A stretch of DNA of 63,391 nucleotides from contig CAZVRU010000005.1 of assembly GCA_964629785.1 (NCBI GenBank), positions 27,225 to 90,615 on the forward strand, given 5' to 3'. Under the pieces are notes generated by a model. It saw nothing but the letters and a program-made list of their open reading frames with translations. It made no database searches and was not told where the DNA came from. Positions 1-8,967 of the stretch are shown in pieces. Within the stretch, counting starts at the first letter, position 1, and every line of letters begins with the position of its first letter. The translations under genes were made by a program, and so were the position numbers. This DNA is from an uncultured Planctomycetia bacterium. Its GTDB lineage: Bacteria > Omnitrophota > Gorgyraeia > Duberdicusellales > 4484-171.

Positions 1-73
1 CACTCCTCGAGGACCTGAGAGGAAAAGAAACCTGAATAAATTGCAGGTTCGAATCTCTTAAATTGATAATTAT

Positions 74-148
74 CGGGGCGTGGCTCAGCCTGGATAGAGC
101 GCTTGGTTTGGGACCAAGATGTCGGTGGTTCGAATCCACTCGCCCCGA
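74..148 (+). tRNA. tRNA-Pro(TGG)
   Basis: Acceptor CGGGGCG/CGCCCCG, anticodon arm CTTGG-tt TGG ga-CCAAG, T-loop GGTTCGAATCC; 3' CCA is not encoded (followed by TTTT). Confidence 0.97.
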
Positions 149-254
149 TTTTTAATTCCCGATCTTTTAAAATTATCGTAGATTATTAGCGAAACCTCTT
201 TATAATATACTACACTGTAGATGGTTATTCGTTCTTTTGAAAATTCGGATGGTT

Positions 255-331
255 GCGCCCATAGCTCAATCGGATAGAGCAACGGCCTTCTAAGCCGTAG
301 GCTGCAGGTTCGATTCCTGCTGGGCGCGCCA
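255..331 (+). tRNA. tRNA-Arg(TCT)
   Basis: Acceptor GCGCCCA/TGGGCGC, anticodon arm ACGGC-ct TCT aa-GCCGT, T-arm GCAGGTTCGATTCCTGC, encoded CCA. Confidence 0.97.
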
Positions 332-337
332 CCTGAT

Positions 338-361
338 TAGCTCATGGCTCATAGCTCATGG
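338..361. repeat. Heptamer tandem array T(A/G)GCTCA x3
   Basis: TAGCTCA TGGCTCA TAGCTCA TGG just after tRNA-Arg. Confidence 0.75.
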
Positions 362-476
362 AAGTTGGTTCAGATATTATAAGAGAATAAGGAACTTTAG
401 AAGAGGCTTGACTGTCTAAGATATACCCGGTACATATCAAGACCGGGCCCTTTCCTGAACCCGGCCGGGGAGAAAT

Positions 477-1700
477 ATGAAACGGAAAACTAAAAAATTA
501 TTGCGGATAGTGTTTACGGGGCTGGTTTTGATCATTTTGCCTTATGTGTTCATGTATCTGTATATAAACGAACGCGGCAAAGATCTGGTCATAGAAAGGC
601 TCAGTAAAAAGCTGAATTCCGAGGTACGGCTGAACAGCCTTTCCTTCAGTTTCCCCCTGCGTCTCAGTATGGTGGGCCTGGAAGCAAAGGGATTGAAGAT
701 AGGGCAGGCAACTGCCGACCTGGGTATTGGCAATCCTTTCTCCAATACTTTGCGTCTGGACAAACTTTATCTTAACAGGGCTATGATCACTATCGACGAT
801 TCCATGCTCAGTTCTTCGTTTTTCGACGGCAATCTGCCTGTTGCCCGGCCGGTGCCGCGGCAGGCCGGACTGATCTCCTCGGGAAAACCGGAAATAAAAG
901 TATTTGTAAAGACTCTGGTGCTGGAAGATTGTGCCTTGTTTCTGCAAAGCCGGAAAGTAAAGCCGGCCCTTGATCTGAAGATAGACGGAATAAACGGTAC
1001 GGTCAGGGATTTTTATTACCCGGTATTTACCAGATTTTCTTTTGATATTATTACCGGTATCGGCATAAATGAGGCAGGACAAAAGGATGTTCTCCAGTTC
1101 AACGGCTGGGTCGATTGGCCGAATAAGGCAATGGACGTATTGGTCAAGGCCAGCGAAGTGAATTATTTCATGTTCGATCCGTATTATCCGCCGTTCTGGA
1201 AAACCAAAAATCTGGAATTAAAAGAAGCATTTATGTCGCTGGATTCGAAACTGGTTGCCGAAAATGACCGTTTGCTTATCGATTATACGATCAGGGTCGA
1301 TAAGGTCAATTTTGTCGACAGCCCTGAAGATCCTGCCCGGATCAGGAATTTCCAGACAGTGCTTTCTCTGTTCACTCATAACGGAAAACCCGAATTGCGC
1401 CTGCGCCATGTGACTACCATGAGCCAGCCAACCTTTAAAGTGACTTTTATCGGCGAAGGATTGCTGGATCAGCTTAAGGCTATCGACGAAGAAGAATCGA
1501 AGGATACCCTTAATTATTATATGACCAAGAGTAAGGACATAGTGGAAAGCGGCGTGGATAAATTCCGTTCCCTGACCATAGATCCGCCGATCAAGGCAGT
1601 GGGCAGTCTGTTCGAAGAATTTTTCAAGAATCTGCAGCGGCTTACCGGAAAAAGTTACGAAAAAGAAGAAATGGCCGAAGACGTGGTTCCGGAGGAATAA
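477..1700 (+). CDS. AsmA/DUF748-like envelope protein with N-terminal membrane anchor
   Basis: 407-aa ORF, GGGGAG SD, basic N-terminus plus one TM helix, then beta-rich body. Family assignment is by resemblance only. Confidence 0.6.
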   Translation: MKRKTKKLLRIVFTGLVLIILPYVFMYLYINERGKDLVIERLSKKLNSEVRLNSLSFSFPLRLSMVGLEAKGLKIGQATADLGIGNPFSNTLRLDKLYLNRAMITIDDSMLSSSFFDGNLPVARPVPRQAGLISSGKPEIKVFVKTLVLEDCALFLQSRKVKPALDLKIDGINGTVRDFYYPVFTRFSFDIITGIGINEAGQKDVLQFNGWVDWPNKAMDVLVKASEVNYFMFDPYYPPFWKTKNLELKEAFMSLDSKLVAENDRLLIDYTIRVDKVNFVDSPEDPARIRNFQTVLSLFTHNGKPELRLRHVTTMSQPTFKVTFIGEGLLDQLKAIDEEESKDTLNYYMTKSKDIVESGVDKFRSLTIDPPIKAVGSLFEEFFKNLQRLTGKSYEKEEMAEDVVPEE

Positions 1701-1925
1701 AGGCAACCGAAGGACGTCCGCTCATTATATTCGCTAAGACGTTCGCTCCCTGCGGTCGCTAAGACGAGGGACGCAACCGCCTTTCGGCGGAAGGAAAAAG
1801 CCCTTCGACTCCCTTGGTTCGACTTCGCTCATCACAGATCAGTCGCTCAGGGTAAGTCAAAAGTAAAAAGGATAAAGGAAAAAGTTAGTTCAAAGATAGT
1901 CCACAGACCACGGTCGACAGCTTGG
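1701..1925. repeat. Intergenic heptamer/palindrome mosaic
   Basis: TAAGACG units around hairpin GCTCCCTGCGGTCGC (1745-1759), CCGCC-TTTC-GGCGG (1778-1791), nested CCCTTCGACT...CGCTCAGGG (1801-1856), then GTCAAAA/GTAAAAA/GGATAAA/GGAAAAA and ATAGTCC/ACAGACC/ACGGTCG units. Confidence 0.85.
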
Positions 1926-2010
1926 CTGGTGGCAGAATAAGCTTTGTTTTTTAAAGCTTTTATGTATAATAAGTAAATGTTCTTTTATATAGTGGAAAAA
2001 ATTTTGGGAC

Positions 2011-2087
2011 GGTGGGTGTAGCTCAGTTGGCAGAGCACTTGACTGTGGCTCAAGATGTCGAGGGTTCAAATCCCTTCACCCACCCCA
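2011..2087 (+). tRNA. tRNA-His(GTG)
   Basis: G-1 plus acceptor GTGGGTG/CACCCAC, C73, anticodon arm CTTGA-ct GTG gc-TCAAG, T-loop GGTTCAAATCC, encoded CCA. Confidence 0.97.
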
Positions 2088-2127
2088 AAATTTTTACATC
2101 CATGATTGCTCCCACCCCAAAATTTTT
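2079..2127 (+). repeat. 17-bp direct repeat of the tRNA-His 3' end
   Basis: CCCACCCCAAAATTTTT at 2079-2095 and 2111-2127, 15 bp apart. Confidence 0.85.
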
Positions 2128-2251
2128 CACCACTGAGTGATCCCCTGCGTAAAAGGAAATTACCCGCCAATACTGTTTATCCGTTTTTCCCGATGACCTG
2201 TAATCCCCTCGTTTTTTGTAGAACCGAAGTATTTAGTACGCAGTTTATTTT

Positions 2252-2303
2252 GCTATAAGCTGTCAGCCCGCCTTGCCGGTGAGGCAGGATGTCAGCCATG
2301 AGC
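2252..2303. repeat. Heptamer array with 22-bp REP-like palindrome
   Basis: CTATAAG CTGTCAG [CCCGCCTTGCCGGTGAGGCAGG 2267-2288] ATGTCAG CCATGAG. Confidence 0.8.
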
Positions 2304-2337
2304 CAGGTTTTGTCCTGCCAGCCTGATTTTACCAGCT

Positions 2338-2353
2338 TGAACCGCCCCGGTTC
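2338..2353 (+). repeat. 16-bp direct repeat, copy 1 (TGAACCGCCCCGGTTC)
   Basis: Exact match to 3379-3394; the pair flanks CDS 2438-3346. Confidence 0.8.
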
Positions 2354-2437
2354 GATCGGGCCCGATTTGTCTGGAGCGGATCGGCAAATGGCAGTATAAT
2401 ATTTTTAATATTTTCGGCATAAAAATCGGGAGGAATT

Positions 2438-3346
2438 ATGGTCCGCTACTTTATTTCTGTATTCCTTGTTATATTTTTAACATTTTTTTCCCTTCCTGCT
2501 TTTTGTCAGACCAACCAATCCGAAACCATAACCTTCACTACGTATTATCCGTCGCCTTTCGGGGTCTATAGACAGCTGCAGACGCAGACTTTGGGTGTCG
2601 GTGATACCAATTATGATTATGTGGTCGACAGTAACGACGTTCCTCCTGCGACCAGCCCCGGCGATGTCTGGATCGCAGGCCATGTCGGTATCGGTACCAA
2701 CAATCCGATCCGCGGGCTTACTGTTGTAGGAAGACAACTCCCCACGGATCCTGTTACAGGTCTTAGCTGTGACGGGGCCATTGGTTTATATCCGGAAGGG
2801 CCGAATGATTCTGCCGGCGTGGTTTTCGCTCAAAGTAAAGCAGACATGGAAAATTGTATAACTAACCGGGATGTGGCGTCTATAGGTATCGGCAATAGAA
2901 AAGGACATTTTGGCCGGGACGGCGTACCCGGCGATCTCAAGATCACTACTCGCAAAGGATATGACCTGCATTTTGTCACGCGTCAGCCAGGCCCTCCCGG
3001 GCCTACGCCCGCGCCAACGGCCATGATCGTAAAGAATAATGGCAATGTCGGTATCGGAAATTTAGATCCTCAGGCCAAACTTCACGTCGACGGTAATATT
3101 AGAGGGCAGTTGCAGTGCAGAGTAGTGCAGGGCCCCTGGAGAAAAGCAGGATCGACCGCCCATTGTGCTTCTGATGAATATGTAATATCTGGTGGCGGCA
3201 GCTGTCGCATATCGGCTAAGCAGCACGGATTTTTGCATGCCAGTTTCCCGGATGGCTTAAGCGGCTGGACAGCTGACTGTTATTCTTATAATTGGGGAAG
3301 TGATATTGATGTAAAAGCCTATGCTATTTGTTGTAAGAAAAATTAG
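2438..3346 (+). CDS. Secreted fibre/adhesin-like protein (TYYPSP N-terminal motif, G-x-VGIG repeats, Cys-rich C-terminal domain)
   Basis: GGGAGG SD, signal peptide ending LPAFC/Q, ITFTTYYPSPFGVY, GHVGIGT and GNVGIGN fibre-type repeats, C-terminal C...C..GGGSC...WTADC...AYAICC module. Confidence 0.75.
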   Translation: MVRYFISVFLVIFLTFFSLPAFCQTNQSETITFTTYYPSPFGVYRQLQTQTLGVGDTNYDYVVDSNDVPPATSPGDVWIAGHVGIGTNNPIRGLTVVGRQLPTDPVTGLSCDGAIGLYPEGPNDSAGVVFAQSKADMENCITNRDVASIGIGNRKGHFGRDGVPGDLKITTRKGYDLHFVTRQPGPPGPTPAPTAMIVKNNGNVGIGNLDPQAKLHVDGNIRGQLQCRVVQGPWRKAGSTAHCASDEYVISGGGSCRISAKQHGFLHASFPDGLSGWTADCYSYNWGSDIDVKAYAICCKKN

Positions 3347-3378
3347 CTTACCTCAATTTTTTTATGATAAAGATACTG

Positions 3379-3417
3379 TGAACCGCCCCGGTTCAAGCTT
3401 GAGGGTCGAACCAGGGC
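3379..3417 (+). repeat. 16-bp direct repeat, copy 2, extended into a hairpin
   Basis: TGAACCGCCCCGGTTC at 3379-3394; arm GCCCCGGTTC (3385-3394) pairs 9/10 with GAACCAGGGC (3408-3417). Confidence 0.75.
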
Positions 3418-3465
3418 AGAGTTTTTGTTAAGCCAGGATATAACTGCAACAAAGAAAGGATACAG

Positions 3466-3714
3466 ATGGCTGATCTGGTCGGTGTTTTAGCAGGCGTTTT
3501 GTGCGCGATATCTTTTTTCCCTCAGGTAATCAAGGTTTACCGGACAAAGCAGACTGCCGATCTGTCGATAGTAACTTTTTCCCTGTTTGCTGCCGGCATC
3601 GTGATGTGGCTGGTGTACGGATATCTCATGCACAGCCTCCCGATCATGCTGGCCAACGGCCTGATGCTCGCCTTTGTTGCGGCAATTGTCTTTGCCAAGA
3701 TCCGCTACCGATAA
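3466..3714 (+). CDS. SemiSWEET/PQ-loop family 3-TM transporter
   Basis: 82 aa, SFFPQVIKVYRTKQTADLS PQ motif, three hydrophobic helices, AAGGA SD. Confidence 0.85.
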   Translation: MADLVGVLAGVLCAISFFPQVIKVYRTKQTADLSIVTFSLFAAGIVMWLVYGYLMHSLPIMLANGLMLAFVAAIVFAKIRYR

Positions 3715-3781
3715 ATCTTGCTTTGCAAGCCGGAAAATCCTGTTATAATTAGATACTGAATTTCATTAAAAGGAGTCGAAA

Positions 3782-5293
3782 ATGAAGGTAATATTAGCAG
3801 GATTCAATGTCGATACCACGGTCTTAAATGAGCTGGAGAAAAGTGTTGGGAAGAGGGAAGACATCACGCCTGAGGTGCTGTCTGCTGCCTATGCCCGTAT
3901 CAGCCGCGATCCGCGGCCGGTCGATGAAATAAGAAAAGATGCCCGCAGTGAAGTTGAACGGTCCCGCAAGTCAAATTCCACGATCATTTTTAAAATGGGT
4001 CACCATTCGGTTGCCGAGCACGCAGTGTTCAATCTCGATGTTATCGGCGTATCCCGTTATGCCATGGAAGAACTGGAGAAGTTCCGCCTTTGTTCCTACA
4101 CGGAAAAATCCCAGCGTTATATTACTCTGGATAAAGATCATGTGATCCCTGCCGAGATCAAAGACACGGATCTGGAGAAGAAGTTCGTGTCCATGATCAA
4201 AGAACAGAACAAAGCCTATTTCGAATTTTTCGAAAAGCTTAAAGAATATGTATTCAAAAAATACTCTTGTCTGGCCGCAGATCCCAAAAATCATAATCTT
4301 CTCGAAGGATGGGCAAAAGAGGATGCCCGTTATATCACAGCCCTGGCTACCGAATCGCAGGCCGGTCAGACCATCAATGCCCGCAACCTGGAACTTTTAC
4401 TGCGGCGTTTCGCGTCTCATCCGCTCGATGAGGTGAGAAAACTGGGCCGGGCCATATATGAGCAGATCCATGAAGTAGCGCCTTCAATAGTCATTTTTCA
4501 TGAAGCCAATGACCGTGACCGGAATACTTATCCTGAATTGCAAAAACTGGCACGGGAATTGATAAAAGGCGCTTCTCCCAAGCCTGCTGCTTCATCCCAG
4601 GAAATACAGTTGGTCGAATATACTGCCGACGGCGATGCCCTGGTAGCGGCAGCCCTGCTGCACAGCGGTTCGGGGCTCACCTATGCCAAATGCAAGGATC
4701 TTATCGGCAATTTTTCCCAGGAAACCAAGGCCAGGATCTTTAAAGCTGCCTGGAAGAATATGCAGTTCTATGACACGATGCTGCGTGAATTCGAGTACGT
4801 CAATCTTACTTTCAATGTCGTGTTGTCGGCGGCCTGCTTCGGTCAGCTGAAACGCCACCGTATGTCCACGATAACTGCCCAGAACTATGATCCTTCTCTG
4901 GGCCTGACTGTTCCCGAATCGATAAAGGAAATAGGCGAAGATAAAAAATTCCTGGAGATCGCTGAAAAGAGCAGCGAGGTCTATGAAGAGATCAATAAGC
5001 GGTTTTCCCTGGCTGCGCCGTATATCCTTACCAATGCCCATCGTAAACGGGTATTGATGAGGCTAAATGCCCGGGAGTTGTACCATGTTTCGCGTCTGCG
5101 GGAAGATGCCCATGCCCAGTGGGATATACAGAATGTTTCCCGGTCGATGATCGATCAGGCCAAAAAGATCATGCCGCTTACCTTTGCTCTGGCCGGCGGC
5201 AAAGACCGCTATAACGATATTTATCAAAATATATTCGGGACATTGCCCAGGGTAACGCAGGTTGAATTACCCCGGGCCCGCACCATTAAATAA
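3782..5293 (+). CDS. thyX: FAD-dependent thymidylate synthase, tandem two-domain form
   Basis: GHHSVAEH, RLCSYTEKSQRY and NARNL in the first half; LKRHRMST and NARELYH...AQWDI in the second half; 503 aa. Confidence 0.85.
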   Translation: MKVILAGFNVDTTVLNELEKSVGKREDITPEVLSAAYARISRDPRPVDEIRKDARSEVERSRKSNSTIIFKMGHHSVAEHAVFNLDVIGVSRYAMEELEKFRLCSYTEKSQRYITLDKDHVIPAEIKDTDLEKKFVSMIKEQNKAYFEFFEKLKEYVFKKYSCLAADPKNHNLLEGWAKEDARYITALATESQAGQTINARNLELLLRRFASHPLDEVRKLGRAIYEQIHEVAPSIVIFHEANDRDRNTYPELQKLARELIKGASPKPAASSQEIQLVEYTADGDALVAAALLHSGSGLTYAKCKDLIGNFSQETKARIFKAAWKNMQFYDTMLREFEYVNLTFNVVLSAACFGQLKRHRMSTITAQNYDPSLGLTVPESIKEIGEDKKFLEIAEKSSEVYEEINKRFSLAAPYILTNAHRKRVLMRLNARELYHVSRLREDAHAQWDIQNVSRSMIDQAKKIMPLTFALAGGKDRYNDIYQNIFGTLPRVTQVELPRARTIK

Positions 5294-5416
5294 CTGCCTG
5301 CCTTTTTTTGCCGGATAAAAATAAGCAAAGCATTTCTTGATTACTCGCGTAGTTTTGCTAAAATTTGTTTAGATCACGGAATCTCTGCGGCAATTTTTTT
5401 TATCTGACGGTAGAGT

Positions 5417-7897
5417 ATGGAAAAGAAAAAACGTAGTCCCAGCTGGGTCAATATTTACAAAGACATGAGCGCTGCCGGTCTGAAGCGGTCCTTTCTTGCC
5501 CGGCGTCAGTATTCCCTGGCCAAAGACGATTATGCCGCTACTCTGAACGACGATTTCATGGCACTGGCCATTGCCGTGCGCGACCGGCTTATTGAAAGAT
5601 GGATCAATACTCAGCAGAAATATCACCGTGAGAACGTGAAGCGTGTCTATTATCTCTCCATGGAATTTCTCATCGGCCGTTTGCTGGGTAACAATATTAT
5701 GAACCTGCAGATATGGGGAGAGGCTGCCGCGGCTATGGAAGAATTGGGCCTGAATCTCGAAGACCTGAGGGACTGCGAAGCCGATGCCGGATTGGGTAAC
5801 GGCGGACTGGGCCGGCTTGCCGCCTGCGTGCTTGATTCTCTGGCGACTCTGGGGATACCGGCCGGAGGTTACGGCATACGTTATGAGTACGGCCTGTTCA
5901 ATCAGAAAATCGTCAACGGTTACCAGGTAGAATCCCTGGATGAGTGGCTTAGTAAAGGGAATCCCTGGGAGTTCCCCCGCCAGGAATACACGGTACGGGT
6001 GAAGTTCTACGGTCATACCTATATGTTCCGCGATGCCCAGGGAAAGCTGCGCGTCAAGTGGGTCGATACCGAGGATGTCCTGGCCATGCCTTATGATATA
6101 CCGGTTGCCGGTTACAACAATGATGTGGTAAATAACCTTCGTTTATGGTCGGCGCGCAGTACCGAGGAATTCGATCTTCAGTATTTCAATTACGGCGATT
6201 ATGAAGGAGCTGTATATAAAAAAGTGCTTTCCGAAAATATCACCAAAGTACTTTATCCCAATGACACAGTAAATCCGGGCAAAGAATTACGTTTAAAACA
6301 GGAATATTTTCTCACGGCTGCTTCGATAGCCGATATTATCCGCCGCTTTAAGGCCGAGAACCACGATCTGAGAGATTTTCCGGAAAAAATAGCGATCCAG
6401 CTCAATGATACTCATCCTTCACTGGCCATAGTGGAATTTATGCGCGTACTTGTAGATGAAGAAAATATCGACTGGGATACTGCCTGGGATGTGACAGTGC
6501 GGACTTTCGCCTACACTAATCATACTGTAATGCCCGAAGCCCTGGAATGCTGGCCGATACCGCTGTTCGAAGCGATACTGCCCAGACATATGCAATTGAT
6601 ATATGAGATCAACATGCGTTTTCTGCGCCGGGTGTCCCGCCTTTTCCCCGGGGATAATGACCGGCTGCGCCGCATGTCGATCATCGAAGAAGGCATTCCC
6701 AAGAAAGTACGCATGGCCCATCTTTCCATCGTGGGCGCGCATTCGGTAAACGGCGTTTCGCTCATGCACAGCGAGCTGCTGAGAAAAGATATTTTTCGTG
6801 ATTTTAACGATGTTTTTCCTGAACGTTTCAACAACAAGACCAACGGTGTGACCCCGCGCCGCTGGCTGCGTAAGACCAATACCCGTCTTTCATCTCTGAT
6901 CAGCGAAGCTATCGGAGACAAATGGGTCACTGATCTGGGAGAACTGCAGAAACTTTCCCGGTTTGTCGACGACAGTTCTTTCTGTCAGAAATGGCAGGAA
7001 GTCAAAAAAAGTAACAAAAAAGATTTTGCCGGATATATACGCAAGACTACGGGGATAGAGATAAATCCGGAATCGATTTTCGATGTCCAGGTAAAGAGGA
7101 TCCACGAGTATAAACGGCAGGCATTGTTCGGTCTGTTCATTATCTCGCAGTATCTAAAATTGAAAAAAGACCCTGCCGCGCCGTTTATCCCCCGCACCTT
7201 TATCGTGGGCGGCAAAGCTGCGCCTGGCTATATCATGGCCAAATTGATAATAAAATTTATCAACAATATCGCCGACGCGGTAAATAACGATCCGCTGGTA
7301 AAAGATAAGCTGAAAGTAGTTTTTGTCGAGGATTACCGTGTATCGGTTGCCGAAAAAATATTCCCGGCCACTGACCTTTCCGAGCAGATTTCCACTGCCG
7401 GCACCGAAGCGTCGGGTACCGGCTGCATGAAGATGATGATCAACGGTGCTTTGACCATCGGCACCTATGACGGGGCAAACATGGAGATGGCCGGGGCCGT
7501 AGGCAGCGATAATATTTTCATGTTCGGCCGGAAAGCGCCGGAATTAAGAGCCCTGCGGGAAAAAGGATATGATCCCCGCCGTTATATCGAAAACAACGAA
7601 ATACTGCGGGAAGTGGTAAGATTGATCCAGCATAACTTTTTTTCCCCGGTGAACTATAATCTGTTCGCTCCCATAGTAGGCAGTATCTACGATAACGATC
7701 CTTTTTTTATCTGCGCCGATTTCGAAAGTTACTGCGCGGCGCAGGAAAAGGTTTCCGGGGTCTATGCCGACCAGGCTCTCTGGACAAAAAAATCGCTCAT
7801 CAATGTTTCCTGCTCCGGACCTTTTTCCATTGACCGCACCGTACGGGAATATGCCCGCGATATCTGGAATTTACCGGTGCCTTTTCTTTCCCGCTAG
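5417..7897 (+). CDS. glgP: Glycogen/starch phosphorylase
   Basis: GLGNGGLGRLAAC, LNDTHP, YTNHT, QVKRIHEYKRQ, EASGTGCMK (PLP lysine). Confidence 0.97.
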   Translation: MEKKKRSPSWVNIYKDMSAAGLKRSFLARRQYSLAKDDYAATLNDDFMALAIAVRDRLIERWINTQQKYHRENVKRVYYLSMEFLIGRLLGNNIMNLQIWGEAAAAMEELGLNLEDLRDCEADAGLGNGGLGRLAACVLDSLATLGIPAGGYGIRYEYGLFNQKIVNGYQVESLDEWLSKGNPWEFPRQEYTVRVKFYGHTYMFRDAQGKLRVKWVDTEDVLAMPYDIPVAGYNNDVVNNLRLWSARSTEEFDLQYFNYGDYEGAVYKKVLSENITKVLYPNDTVNPGKELRLKQEYFLTAASIADIIRRFKAENHDLRDFPEKIAIQLNDTHPSLAIVEFMRVLVDEENIDWDTAWDVTVRTFAYTNHTVMPEALECWPIPLFEAILPRHMQLIYEINMRFLRRVSRLFPGDNDRLRRMSIIEEGIPKKVRMAHLSIVGAHSVNGVSLMHSELLRKDIFRDFNDVFPERFNNKTNGVTPRRWLRKTNTRLSSLISEAIGDKWVTDLGELQKLSRFVDDSSFCQKWQEVKKSNKKDFAGYIRKTTGIEINPESIFDVQVKRIHEYKRQALFGLFIISQYLKLKKDPAAPFIPRTFIVGGKAAPGYIMAKLIIKFINNIADAVNNDPLVKDKLKVVFVEDYRVSVAEKIFPATDLSEQISTAGTEASGTGCMKMMINGALTIGTYDGANMEMAGAVGSDNIFMFGRKAPELRALREKGYDPRRYIENNEILREVVRLIQHNFFSPVNYNLFAPIVGSIYDNDPFFICADFESYCAAQEKVSGVYADQALWTKKSLINVSCSGPFSIDRTVREYARDIWNLPVPFLSR

Positions 7898-8061
7898 TTA
7901 AAAGAGTGACAGTCTGATGATCAAATCCTGCGCCGGTCCGGAAAAGAGTTTTTTTGTGACTATTCGGCGTAAAGAAAAAACGGTTACCGGCAAAGAGGGT
8001 GTTGAATTAAAATAAAAAAAGGAGTATTATTATAAAAAGTTGTCTAAAAGGGGCACGGGGA

Positions 8062-8277
8062 ATGTATAAAAAATTGTATGCCTGTACTCATATCGGCGAA
8101 GCTGATATCATTGTGTCGCTGTTGAAGCGTAACGGATTCAATCCTTCGGAATTTTATACCTCCTGCCTTCCCGGGATCCTCGATGATGAACAGTATTATT
8201 ATGTAAAGATACTCGAGGAAGAATATCCCCAGGCAAAAGATTTTTTGGCCCGGCAGGGGTTTCCGAATTCGGTGTAA
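8062..8277 (+). CDS. Small protein, DUF2007-like putative signal transducer
   Basis: 71 aa, AAGGGG SD, EADIIVSLLKRNG...VKILEEEYPQAKDFL pattern typical of this ferredoxin-like family. Confidence 0.6.
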   Translation: MYKKLYACTHIGEADIIVSLLKRNGFNPSEFYTSCLPGILDDEQYYYVKILEEEYPQAKDFLARQGFPNSV

Positions 8278-8368
8278 TCGCAAAACAGCTTTTTAAAGGC
8301 GGATATCTGAGAAATCGCCGGCTTTCGGAACAGTCTGCAAACGATCTGCCGCGAAAGGAGTATTTATC

Positions 8369-8884
8369 ATGAAGAGCGGGAAAGTAAAACCGCATCTGGC
8401 CGAAGTATTGCTTACTTCGGAGATAAGCCGGTTTTTAAAGGAAAAAGAATTCCTTAATATAGCTACCTGTGATTTTGAACATAATCCTAATGTCGCTCCC
8501 AAGTTTTTATTGAAGATAGAAAAAGATACTATCTATCTGGCCGATTACATCCTGGGCCGTACCTGGCGTAATATAAAAATCAATCCTAAAGTATCGTTAT
8601 CCACTGTCAATTTTGACACATTGATGGGGTATCAGATAAACGGTTTTGCCGAGCTTATCGATAAAGGCGGTGAGTATAAACTTCTTTCCCGGGAGGTCAG
8701 CCGGCGCGCTGTCCATTTTTCCGTAAAACGGATCATTCAGGCGGTCCAGAGCGAAAAGAAAAGTGAACGCCATGAGGTCTCGTTTCCGGAAAAAATAGCT
8801 TTCATAAAAATAATGGTACAGGAAATAGTGGAGATCGCTCCCAGCGGCAAACTGGAACGCCGTGCTTCTCGCTTTAAACCGTGA
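8369..8884 (+). CDS. Pyridoxamine 5'-phosphate oxidase-like FMN-binding protein
   Basis: IATCD..NPNVAPK, TWRNIKINPKVSL, GYQINGFAE; AAGGAG SD. Confidence 0.75.
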   Translation: MKSGKVKPHLAEVLLTSEISRFLKEKEFLNIATCDFEHNPNVAPKFLLKIEKDTIYLADYILGRTWRNIKINPKVSLSTVNFDTLMGYQINGFAELIDKGGEYKLLSREVSRRAVHFSVKRIIQAVQSEKKSERHEVSFPEKIAFIKIMVQEIVEIAPSGKLERRASRFKP

Positions 8885-8960
8885 GACGTCCGTTTTGTCC
8901 TTCGGCAAGCTCAGGACACGCTAAGACGTTCGCTCCCCGCGGTCGCTAAGACGAAGGAGG
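8881..8960. repeat. Intergenic heptamer/palindrome mosaic
   Basis: GTGAGAC GTCC, GTCCTTCGGCAAGCTCAGGAC, then a 36-bp unit (8919-8954) 35/36 identical to 1732-1767. Confidence 0.85.
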
Positions 8961-8967
8961 GTATAAG

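Noticed and set aside
1-60. GGTTCGAATC T-loop-like motif (47-56) and AACCTG/CAGGTT hairpin before tRNA-Pro, suggesting another tRNA or tmRNA 3' end
   Set aside because: The T-stem does not pair (GCAGG vs CTCTT) and there is no acceptor or CCA end; the region is truncated by the window edge.
2438-3346. C-terminal domain as a diversity-generating retroelement target
   Set aside because: No template repeat differing at adenines and no reverse transcriptase in the window.
2338-3394. Calling the region an IS3-family insertion sequence
   Set aside because: The ends are direct, not inverted, and the enclosed ORF is not a DDE transposase; kept only as a repeat observation.
7390-7440. GlgP PLP motif reads EASGTGCMK rather than EASGTGNMK
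   Set aside because: The catalytic lysine and all other motifs are intact; a single substitution is not evidence of altered function.
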